NCBI GenBank assembly: GCA_050273025.1
Contig: CP158635.1
Span: 25,358,001 to 25,422,000, forward strand
DNA: 64,000 nt
Direction: 5' to 3'
DNA from: Cenococcum geophilum
Lineage: Eukaryota
Part shown: positions 25,433 through 35,845 of the stretch, one piece after another
Position numbering within the stretch: position 1 is the stretch's first letter
How the letters are laid out: the number at the start of each line of letters is the position of its first letter
The notes under the pieces: model-generated
Seen by the model: the letters and a program-made list of their open reading frames with translations, nothing else
What the model was told of the DNA's origin: nothing
The model's database searches: none
Translations under genes and position numbers: made by a program

Positions 25433-26006
25433 CCTGAAATCCTAAGTTAAATGGTAAGCAGCTGATACGTACTGTATTAAAGGGCTGTGAGGTATAAACG
25501 TACGATAGTGGATAACTTGGTTGCAGAATTTGAATTGGTATATGTACCTTAACGATTATTATAAGAATACTAGTGTAGATGTTTTATTTATATTTTGTTT
25601 TAGCTGCTGCTATAACCCTTATACTCTTCTTCTATCCCCTTAAATAATTGTTAAATTAATTCTAGGGTGTCTAATTAGTAATTTTAATAAAGTTTATATT
25701 TAACAAGGGTCCAAAACGCCGAGAGATTAAATGTGAGGCATATTTGCCCCCGAGGAGCTTATAAGGAGGTGCCAAGCCTAGCCTTCGGCTAGGCCTTGGC
25801 TACACCTAAGCAGCCCTCGGGCGATGCACCCGAGTAAGGGATAAAATAACCCTTACATTAAAGGATTTATTATAAATACAGTTGTCTCATCTACCTTGAT
25901 CAACTACACTCTCAACTATACCTCTAAGCCAAATCATTATTTTCTACTTACACTGTATATTACACTCTTTAGTTAACAAGATCGCTATCTAATATCTTAC
26001 GCCACA
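25433..26006. promoter_or_regulatory. Putative bidirectional promoter between LARS-like gene and SIX1 homologue
   Basis: 574-bp divergent intergenic; TATAAA on minus strand 25587-25592 and on plus strand 25871-25876; GC-rich inverted repeats 25767-25807 and CGG-N9-CCG at ~25818-25832. Confidence 0.5.
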
Positions 26007-26783
26007 ATGGCTAAACCGTTCGGTACTTTAACTGCTATTTTTCTTACCTTGCTCGGGTTTGCTATCTGTAAGGCTCAGAACATATCAATTCTTATGTACC
26101 ATAACGTATCGTCAAGTCCGGACCAAGACCTATCTGCAGTAAAGGCCTACTTCTTCGGAAATTTGACCTTCAGCGAATTTTCAGCGAAACGTGCCCTCTA
26201 CTCGAAGACGGTTATTGTGAAGCGGGATGTCGTCGGAGGCGAAACCCGAAATTCAGATATTACAAACGAACTTCTACAAAGTGCACATAGCTTATGCAAC
26301 AACCGTCAAGCTGGATATCGAGCTGCGAGCGGTGGTTGTTGGAACGGGATACGGACTCTCCGGTGCCAACAGTGGCCTAGAGTCGGCCCAGGCCGCCGAA
26401 AGACGGTAATTAAAAGTTGCGATCCTAACACGGAATGCACCATTGTCATGGCCTATAATTGTTTGTCAAATAATGTTCGGTTCCCAATTTGTCTTCCTAC
26501 AATTCAAATCGATAAGCCACAGACTCCGAAAGAGCCTGGGAAACAACCCGATGTTTACGAAGGGTCATGGTCACCAATTCCGTATAGAAACGATGACGGA
26601 ACCTACGACATTTTCGCTAAAGCAGCTGACGGACAAGACTTGGCCTTTATTTACCCTCCACTGCCCCAAACGAACTATTTCGGCCCTTCTTGGGCCTGCG
26701 TGAATTGTCATTCTGGCACTCTTGGGATGTATCACGAATCGGCTTCAACTTTTGCTTATACATACTACAGTCCAAGTTCATAA
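26007..26783 (+). CDS. SIX1: SIX1/Avr3-like FOLD-family secreted effector (258 aa)
   Basis: Signal peptide, prodomain FFGNLTFSEF, Kex2 site VIVKR, then ETRN..IT..LLQ..H.LC...GYRAASG.C, C....ECT...AYN, V.FPIC.P.I, YEGSW.P, GTYDIFA, G.SWAC.NC..G, Y.SP: colinear with Fusarium oxysporum SIX1 as I recall it. Confidence 0.9.
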   Translation: MAKPFGTLTAIFLTLLGFAICKAQNISILMYHNVSSSPDQDLSAVKAYFFGNLTFSEFSAKRALYSKTVIVKRDVVGGETRNSDITNELLQSAHSLCNNRQAGYRAASGGCWNGIRTLRCQQWPRVGPGRRKTVIKSCDPNTECTIVMAYNCLSNNVRFPICLPTIQIDKPQTPKEPGKQPDVYEGSWSPIPYRNDDGTYDIFAKAADGQDLAFIYPPLPQTNYFGPSWACVNCHSGTLGMYHESASTFAYTYYSPSS

Positions 26784-26933
26784 ATATCCAGGTATGTATT
26801 TTAGGCAACACTGTCGAATTCAGTGTCTAGCAAACTAAATATCTAGTAGGAAGTCAAATTATACCTTATTAGTTATCATACCGAGAGTCTTATGGGCTAG
26901 CAGATCATTAGAAGGCAGTTGCAGTGTGGCTAT

Positions 26934-27116
26934 TGTAACTGACTACCGGTACCATGTCAAAACGTTATTTGTCTCACCAGCGTACCACCTTGTTTCAGTT
27001 GCCTGGACCCCCTACTTCCTGTTACCTAATACCTTCCTTATGTATTTATACCACTTGATTTCCATAGATTTAGAATCAAGTCGCTTGGTCAATTCCCACA
27101 CACTGCAAAGCTTACA
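26934..27116 (+). repeat. LTR remnant flanked by 25-bp direct repeats
   Basis: TGTAACTGACTAC...CACACTGCAAAGCTTACA; related to solo LTR at 29453-29698; TTAGAAGGCAGTTGCAGTGTGGCTA at 26908-26932 and 27117-27141. Confidence 0.7.
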
Positions 27117-27319
27117 TTAGAAGGCAGTTGCAGTGTGGCTAATAGCTTTTCAGTTTTTTCAGTTTATAAATTTTATCACTTTTATTAGTTCAGTCTAGTT
27201 TTAGGTCTCAATCGGGTTGGGAATAGTACGCATTGAACTGCATGCCACACATAAGCGATGGCTACATTAGGCTAGGAACCACCTAATTTGGGCAGTTGTG
27301 CTGCCTATTCCTTTTATTA

Positions 27320-27435
27320 GTCATCCATCCAATCTACAATCCACCAACCTTGGAACGGATCAGTCTACATCCACAAAATTGGTGGATTGGATTGGATTGG
27401 ATATCCACAATATCCACAATCCAATCAGAGCCCTA
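27320..27435. mobile_element. Isolated hAT-type terminus
   Basis: ATCCA/TGGAT subterminal repeats in both orientations ending CAATCAGAGCCCTA (rev-comp TAGGGCTCTGATTG); no partner end found. Confidence 0.5.
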
Positions 27436-28483
27436 GTGGTCCGTAATTACCACGCCGGCCAGCTGATCAGGGATTTACAGTCCACGCAGCTGTAATTTGT
27501 TGTAATTAGTCGTTCCTTGACCTCTCATTTGTCAGAGCTATCACCAACCTACATGCCTGAGGTTTTGTTCTCTTATGTAATATGGCCAGGGTAAAGCTCT
27601 CATTTAATATCCCCCTATTCTGTAGACTTAGTTCTTTACCTTACAACAAAATTTGCCCCGAATGCGTAGATCCGCTGCCTGTCGTTATACAAAGTGCAAC
27701 ATAATTCTAACACGGGCGAGGCGGCGGAAACGTTCTACGCGCGTACGACGTGGGCGACGAATAGTGTTGGTGGTGGGGGGCAGGCGGGCGGGGACGCAGA
27801 CGACTAGGCCTAAAAGTTGTTAACAGACGTTTGTAAACACGACTTCTGTACTTACAAGCGGATTGGGGGGGGGGGGGGGGGGGGGGGGCGAGGGGTACCA
27901 GGAGCGACCTGGTCAACTATAAGATGCTCCGGAGCGACTAGAGGAACAGGACTAGCAGGGCGAGCAGCAGAGCGAGCAGCAGAGCGAGCAGCAGGGCAAG
28001 CAGCAGGGGCGGCATCGCGACCATGGGTGGGGAGGCAGCTGTATATATTGTTAGCCACCCGTAAACATCCGCAAATGTTTGGAATATACTTACACGGGCC
28101 GGCAGGACGAGAACGCCCAGAACGGCGAGTATGAGAAGCAGCAGCAGCAGCAGCGGGCGGGCTAGCAGGAGCGGCAGCGGCAGGGTTACTAGCGATGGCA
28201 TGGTACGCGAGATGAATGATCTATATCGCTTCGTAACCTCGGCTAACATACGGGTTTAATTAATTACCCTCTAATAATCCTTTTTAAATTGAACTTTAGG
28301 TTAAGTACTTCTTCTCTCTCCTTTATACTGCATATATATATATATATAGGTTCTTTATCATCACCTATATTAAAAACCATCTAGTTTAACACTGCTCTAA
28401 GCATCAATTACTTACAGATATATGACATTATTTCACCAACCAACAATCCTTTTACCACACATCATTTCTCTTCAACCTGCAAG

Positions 28484-28906
28484 ATGGTGCAATATAGCAG
28501 GGCTATAATAGCAGCAATGCTATTAGTTCTTGGTGTTATACACCGCACCCAAGCCTTGGACTGTCAGCAAGTACAATTCGGGTTTACGTTCAACACGTGG
28601 GCTTCAACTACGGCAGGCTACTGCCAACAGGCTTGTGCGACAGCCTCAAACAGCAACTACCTTTGGCAAGTAGCACATCCTGACTCTTGTGAAGGAGCGG
28701 ATGGGTTGAGCGGCATCACTCCGAATGAACAAGAAGGCGTGGACGGGAGCTGCTATTGTACCTACGTTTTCGTGATATGGAGAGCCCACAAGACCGATCA
28801 ACAAGGACAGAGCTGCGCCCCTTCGGACATAGCGAACAGGATCCAGAATAACGCTAGTCCATGGTTTCAGATAACGCTAAACGACAACGTACATTGCGGT
28901 AGCTAG
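28484..28906 (+). CDS. LARS-family secreted effector, Ecp11-1/AvrLm3-like (140 aa)
   Basis: Signal peptide ending TQA, 8 Cys; LDC start, C...C, DSCEGADG, CYC......WRAHK and terminal NDNVHCGS match Fulvia fulva Ecp11-1 (CQGADG, WRVR, NDNVHCGS) and AvrLm3 (WRVHK) as I recall them. Confidence 0.88.
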   Translation: MVQYSRAIIAAMLLVLGVIHRTQALDCQQVQFGFTFNTWASTTAGYCQQACATASNSNYLWQVAHPDSCEGADGLSGITPNEQEGVDGSCYCTYVFVIWRAHKTDQQGQSCAPSDIANRIQNNASPWFQITLNDNVHCGS

Positions 28907-29452
28907 TAAGGAGAATTACGGTACTTGTTTGATGATTTCTCGATTTCCTTAGATGGAAGACGCTCTTAGCCGTTTTTATTAAGCCTGATTTATATTAGCG
29001 AGGCACCGTAACGTTTTAGGTCTGCTTCAAGACCTCGCAAAGCATCTTTAAGTCCGCAGTATTCGTTATTAAACTGTTGAACTGTTTAGCAAGAGATATC
29101 ACATGTTTTAAGGTGTATTGTGGACATAGAGATCAATATATATATCTGCAGCTATATATACTCATGCCATCTAGGCAACAGTTGGAGATCCCAAAGAAGC
29201 TGAACAGAAACACCGAAAAAAGCTGAAATATATGAAAAGGCATCGTTCCTGCCAAAGTTGTGTATAACTAGTCCATCAAACACTCCTCTACTAGGTAGCA
29301 CTAAGTGAGGCTTTTAATAGTAACTATACAACTAGTCCTCAGGGTGGGGCATAATCTAATCGATAACGATTGATATAATACACGAGATTATATTATATCA
29401 TATCATATCGATTGATTTTTTTGATCCGCTACTAAATAAGCAAGTAATCTAC

Positions 29453-29698
29453 TATAAGCTTTGCAGTGTGGAAGAATTAAGTGAACGACTTGATTGTAAA
29501 TGTAGCTCTAGAGCCTCTATATATACACGAAGAAGGTGGAGGTAATAAGACATAAAGGGATTGTAGGTAACTGAAATGGGAACAGTGATCTGCACGCAAT
29601 ATTGATCTGCAAGCAATATATAGGGTGGCGTTGACGCTGTCTTGGAGCCTTCCAAGCGGCGATCTTGTGTCTCGGCACAGTGCCAGTAGTCGGTTACA
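29453..29698 (-). repeat. Solo LTR
   Basis: Rev-comp TGTAACCGACTACTGG...CTGCAAAGCTTATA; 5-bp TSD TCTAC (29448-29452, 29699-29703). Confidence 0.85.
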
Positions 29699-30725
29699 TC
29701 TACCATCGTCCTTAGCTTCCCTACTAATTAGGTATCTCCTTTCTACTCTCTATTTATACTTTTTTTTATATAAGATATAATAAAATAAAATAAAATAAAA
29801 ATAGTAAAAAAGAGAGGAGATTGAAATTAGTAACTTTTATCTATTCCTTGTTATTTTCTAGTTCTATAATCCAATCCTTACCCTCTAATACTCCCGCTGC
29901 CGCCACTATAGGGTAAGAATTTTTATTGTACGACGAATATCGAGCTCTATAATCCCGCTACTTATAATTTCTACAGCACCTACTATAGAACCCTAAGAGA
30001 CTTTAATACTTAGTAAAGGGGTTAAGGCCTACTAGACGACGCGGAGTCGCTATATAGGCCTCGTAGGGCTAGCGTTAATTAGCTCTCTACCTTATACAAA
30101 TAATATAGGTTACTTATAATTGTATTTAGAGATCTACGGCTTTAAATTAGAATTACATTTATATATAAGGGCCTCCCCGTCTACACCTGCTTTTTTAATC
30201 GCCCCCCCCCCGCCTAAGCCTCTATATTAATTGCTAGTAAAGCTTCTACCCTCTCCTACTTATCCTAAGAGTAGTTAGTTATATAGGTATATTATACGGA
30301 GAGGAGAGTTTACTTATAGTATAGTAATATTGCTAAAGAATCTCTTATATAGTAGGACGAGAAGTATACTAGATAATTGTATTTCCTAATTCCTAGTAAA
30401 GGATAACGTTAGTAGGATTTGAACTTATAATCTATTAAGTTTAAAGTTTTTATATATTTATATACGCCACCTATACGCCTTTAGTAGTTATCTTTTACCT
30501 AAAATTATTTTATTTATATATCTTATACCTTTACCCCTTAGTATTATATAATATATCTCTTATATACCTTTCTTTGTATAACTACTATATTCCTTTTAAA
30601 ATTCTACTCTAGTGCTAGCTCTTTATATACTCCGTTTTCTTAAGGTTCTATAATCTGGGCTATATTCTCTCCTATAATACTATATAACGCCTTCCTAAAA
30701 ATACTCTCTCTAGTTTATTATTTGT

Positions 30726-30907
30726 TGGTAGGGGGGGGGGGGGGGGGTACTTGGGCAGTCTCTTTGAGCTCAGCGACATGCACGTGATAGGTCGCGTGAC
30801 GGCGCGCGGGCCATCGTGTAGATATCTTCTCAGGGCCATCGAGCCCCTGAGATTCTTCCTCATAGAGTATTATATGTATCATTTCCACAGCCTACTCAGT
30901 AGCCTGA
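30726..30907. mobile_element. Unclassified ~182-bp insertion with G17 tract in the hAT C transposase
   Basis: Interrupts the SIPA.ND-ERVFSG motif; flanked by TATTATTTGT at 30716-30725 and 30908-30917; GC-rich and little RIP; looks like PPT plus LTR fragment. Confidence 0.55.
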
Positions 30908-32944
30908 TATTATTTGTAGCTAGAATTAAAAGTACCTCTCTTATAAAGAGTAAAAGCCGTAGCTAGCGCTTTATTTGTTATTCTTAAGACCACTACTAAA
31001 GTAAAGAAACTTTAATTTTATATAGTACTTTAGAGCAGTAGTTATTATACTTATCCTAGCTTGCTAGTTAAGTAACCTTTTTATTTAATTTATTTGTAAT
31101 TTAATTATACTTATTAAGTTCCTTATACTTATCTTATAATAACTTGTTATACAATACTGTTTAAAGAGAGGTAATAGGTTTCTCTAATTTTTAGTATATT
31201 TCCTAGAGCCGTTAAACCTTTAGAGGTATTATTTTCTGCTACTCCTTCTAAAATATCTTAATATACTTTATATAATAATTTAAATAAAAAATAAGTGCAG
31301 TAGCGTAAAGAGGGGAGTTATCTGTTCTCTGGTAATACTTATTAAACTTTGCCTATATATTCTTTACTTAAAGTAAGAGAGCTTTATTTAATCTAAAGAG
31401 TGCCTATTATATAATATTAGCTTTAGCTTAAATAAAGTACTTAGAAGAAGAGTTATATAAGAAAGTTCTTTATATATTTAATAAGTATATCTATTATAAA
31501 GAGTACTCGATTAAGTGTTATATAATCCCCTTATATCTCTAATATTGCCTAGTAAAATATCTGTCAGTATATATGTTTTAATTAACGTACACAAGTATTA
31601 CTATATTGCGGTACGTATGCGGTATTAGTTAATGGATATGTTCTTCTTCTAGAAGTGGCCTAAAGCGGTAGGATATAAAGCTGCTCCTTAGCGTGATTAC
31701 GTGTAGTTATATGTACTAGTCACGTGCACTTATAATATACATAACCACTAATACTAGAGCTACTCTAAAAGAGACTAAACTACATACTATAGGCTATTTA
31801 TAGCATATACGCAATAACTAGGCTTTTCCTATCCATATATAATAACTCCCGCTCTATAGAGCCCGCTCTCTCTCTCTCTTATATATTCCCAATCTATTCC
31901 CTTATTTACCCACCTATAGAGATATCTATATATTCCACCCACTCTATAGCCTATAGATTAATTTAGTTTGTATTAATAAGTCATATAAGAGTTACGTAAG
32001 GTTTACCCTTTATTATAGCGTCTGTAGAGTTAGCTTCTCTATTAATCTATTTAACCTCTATAATCTATCTTCGCTTATAGGCTTACTAGAGGCATATTAC
32101 ATTAATTATAAGGCGCTTTTCTTAGGTGGTCCCTAATTATATAGGGCAATTATATAAGGACTTAGAATTGGTGCAGAGTATAAGTAGGAGGTTAACCTGT
32201 ATAATCTTATCTATAGTGGACTTAATTACGGCGCCGATATTAATGCTATAGGCTATACTATAGAGTTTAGAGGCTAACACGCTCTAAGTAACTCTCTTAT
32301 ACTTAACTAAACTCTAATAAATAATATTGGCCTTCTTTATAGCATTAGCTAGTATAATAATATACCCAATCTATAAAGAGAGGTCCTTATTATTAGTGAA
32401 GGAGGCGTCTATAAATACTACTAACTATATAGTATTAGCGTCTAACTTAACAAACTTAAGGCCTCTATTTGAATTCTTAATTTACTAGTTTAAGCATTTA
32501 TTAAGGTCTTTTACGTCTCCTTTACTAGGATTAATTACCTAGGTAGTAAAGGATAGATTAAATAAAGCCTCTAATTAATAAACCGAAGCGATATATACGC
32601 CTCTGGCACGTTAGGCGATATACTAGTCTTTTAGTATTAGAGTATACGTTAGAAAAAAATTTACCAGCATTTTTACAGCATTTGGCGGCATTTGGCGGCC
32701 AAATGCGCAATCCACGTACTATAATGTGTAGCGTATGGTATCGACTAAGATGCGGCATACTGCCGCATCTAATAACGCGGTGCAGCTAATTACGCATTTA
32801 CAGCTACCTGGGTAAGTAATGCCTTCATTCTATTAAGCTCTCTCTATACTTAATATGCAATTAATATATAATACCCCCCTTACGCATTCTATATATCTTA
32901 CTTACTTTAAGTAATAAATAAGCGTTGCTCTTCCCGCGCACTTA

Positions 32945-33135
32945 ATAGTATTTACTCGGTCTACGCAGTTAGTAGTATTTACCTATTCCGCGTAATTAGT
33001 ATACTTTACTTAGTCTACATAGTTAGTACCCTTTACTTATTCTATATAGTTAGTACCTTTTACTTATTCTATATAGTTAGTACCCTTTACTTATTCTATA
33101 TAGTTAGTATTCTCTACTTATTCTATACGCCTAGT
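32945..33135. repeat. 27-bp tandem repeat, about 7 degenerate copies
   Basis: Unit CTTTACTTATTCTATATAGTTAGTACC; multiple of 3, probably a 9-aa repeat of a RIPed minus-strand ORF. Confidence 0.75.
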
Positions 33136-33297
33136 ATATACTATATAAAGAATATATTTTAACCTAATAGTAGTATAGTATAACCTTAATATGCCTAATA
33201 ACGCCCTTTAGTTAACCTACTATTTTAAGTTTAATATTTATATAAGTTCCGCTATAATAGTAGTACTATACTATTAAACCCCTAATCGTCTTTATTC

Positions 33298-33405
33298 TTG
33301 CCGTTATTTTCCCTATCTATTCTACTACCTTCTCTACTCTTATCCTCTTTATCGCCGTTATTTTCCCTATCTATTCCGCTACCTTCTCTACTCTTATCCT
33401 CTTTA
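33298..33405. repeat. 54-bp tandem duplication
   Basis: CCGTTATTTTCCCTATCTATTC..CTACCTTCTCTACTCTTATCCTCTTTA twice; minus strand de-RIPs to an acidic peptide. Confidence 0.75.
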
Positions 33406-33887
33406 TTAGTAAATTCTAGTATTACTAGTCTATCTCTACTCTATAGGCGGGCCTTTATATCCTCTAGTATAGTACTATCCGTAATATCTATAACCTTAGA
33501 CTTACTAGCGAAAGTATACTATAAGATATAGTAATTAATTCCTATTTCCTATTTATTATCACCTTAAATTTATTTAAGGCACGCTTAGATAGTATTAATA
33601 TTATAGTTATATAGCATTAAAATTGTCTTATTAGTATACTATAAGAAGGAGACCTTATATATAGTTTTAGGGTTTATTCTTAGCGATAAATATACTAGGC
33701 TACCGTTATCCTATTATATTATCTTTATTAGCCTATATATAATAATTAAAATAGTAGGATATTATAATATAGGAAACGGCGGTAAAGTGCTATAGTATAT
33801 AGCGAGTATCGCGATATAACGTTACGATATAATTAATATAATATTATATATTTACACTTATAGTATATAGTTATTAAGTAAACCTAT

Positions 33888-34060
33888 TATTATTGTCGGG
33901 ACAATATTACGTGTGGTCACGTGGTCGTCACGTGCCGCCGCGGCACTAGCGTGGCGAGGAGCCTTAAGCTCCTCGCCCTCCCTTATTTAATAATAAATAT
34001 ATATAAGAACAATCATCATACTATCTACGAACCGTAGCTACGTGATATCACCTTGTGATA
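33888..34060. repeat. Solo LTR
   Basis: TATTA (RIPed TGTCA)...TGATA (TGACA) with 5-bp TSD CCTAT (33883-33887, 34061-34065). Confidence 0.7.
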
Positions 34061-35845
34061 CCTATAATTATACTTAGGATCTAGTTCCTCTAGATCTTCT
34101 ATAGTATCCTTAAAAGGATTATTAATTACCTACTAAGTCTATAGCATCTTATCTCTAGTTATATTCTATATCTTATTAACTTATTATAAAAGTAGCCTAT
34201 ATAGCCTTTTATTATACTTAGGTTAGTAGCTCTTCTAGGTATTTTATAGTCGCTCCTAACTATCTATAATACACTTTAGTAAGTATAGTAAGAGGCTTCC
34301 TATAGATTTACCTATAACTATAGCGTTAGCTTTAAACTTATAAATAACTTATATTCCGCTTCTATAGTCCTTAAGCGTATATTAAATCGCTATATATATA
34401 AGCTATACCGTACTAGCCGTAATAGGCAAGAAGAGGTTAGTACTATTCTTATTAAAGGTAAGTGACCTTAGCCTAGTATTAAAAAACACACACTTAATAT
34501 AACGTGCAATAATTAGCGCCCTAAATCTTATCTCTCTATTCTAGCCTTAGTTAGTTAGGTATAGTAAAAGATAGAGTACTAACTAGGCTACTAAGCGTAA
34601 AGCGGTTATCCTTAAGTAGTTCCGCTACTTCCTCTACTATAGCCTTAGTATCTAGTTTAAGGTAGTTATAGCTCCTAGTAACGGTATTATATACTATATT
34701 TATTATATAACACTAAAATATACTAAGCTAGTTATATAGCTAGAAAATCGGTTAGTATAGTACTATTAAATCTAAGGACCGCGAACCTTACGTACTACCG
34801 GCCCCAGTAGCATACTTAATACTCTATTTATTAGGTTTTCGTAACGGTCTATAATAGTAATCGCCTCTTTCTATATCTACTTTATTAGTATATTTAGACC
34901 GCTTATATTTATTTCTAGCTAGGGAGAAAGATAGAGCTCTTTAGGTATAGAGCCTATTATTACTTATATAATAAGACGTATCTGAGCGATACTATATATC
35001 TTTATATTAACTAGGCTAAGTGGCTGCTTTATATATTATCTAAAGTTATCCTATAGCGGTTATTTGTCTAAGTAATATATATATTTCTTTTAAGTATAGA
35101 TTTTAGATATCTTAGGGTCGCTTAGGGTTTATAGGCTTTCGTCTAATAAGAATAGGACTATCTATTAGGATAACGTTATCAAAATTAATAATAATGGATT
35201 ATACTATAGCATATTAATAATAGCCTTACCTTTTAATAGAGATAGTTATAGTATAGAGCCTAATATTATCCCCTTTAAGATCTAGATTATCTTAGGAGCT
35301 ACTACTTAACTTATAGTATCTTTATTTACTTTTCTACGGAATAGGTAAAGGATAAGTATATTAGTTTAGTAGAACTATTTAGCTTTTATATACACCTTAC
35401 TTCCCTAAAAGACACTAGATAGTCTAGAGTCTTATACCTAATATACTTTAAATAATAACCTAGTTAACTTTTATAATATAAATTAGGTATTTCTTGCTAA
35501 GTATATAGAAAGGAGCTTTAACTAACTTATAATAATAAGTTAGGAGGGCGGCCTAACTATTTATTAGGCTTTATAATAGGGCAATTAGATTACCTTACTA
35601 TAGCGTAGGGTCCTACTTTATATAATATTTTTTCTATACCACGCAGAAGCCTAGTTCCTAGCAATATTTACCTATTCTTAAGGTAGATAGTATAGTATAT
35701 AGGATATAAAGGGTAGCTAGCGCGTAGAGAGCGATATATAGTAGTATTATGTTCTAGTTTATTATAGTCGTAGCAATCTACCCCTTTATTATAATCCGGC
35801 GCCACTAGTTATAACTTACTACTATTTCGGCTAAGTTATATTTAT

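Larger units (their letters stand above)
29340..31560 (-). mobile_element. Truncated hAT transposon C (3' end and C-terminal transposase only)
   Basis: Terminus CAGGGTGGGGCATAATC at 29340 with GAT/ATC subterminal repeats; minus-strand RIPed transposase ~30600-31560 (WAKFDKYYQRTDNSPLYAA, ERVFSG) similar to hAT B; abruptly cut at ~31560. Confidence 0.75.

Noticed and set aside
27707..28249. Pro/Gly/Ala/Leu-rich ORFs of 68-105 aa
   Set aside because: Low-complexity translations of poly-G and GCA repeats on both strands.
32945..33135. CRISPR-like array
   Set aside because: Contiguous tandem units without unique spacers in a eukaryotic context.
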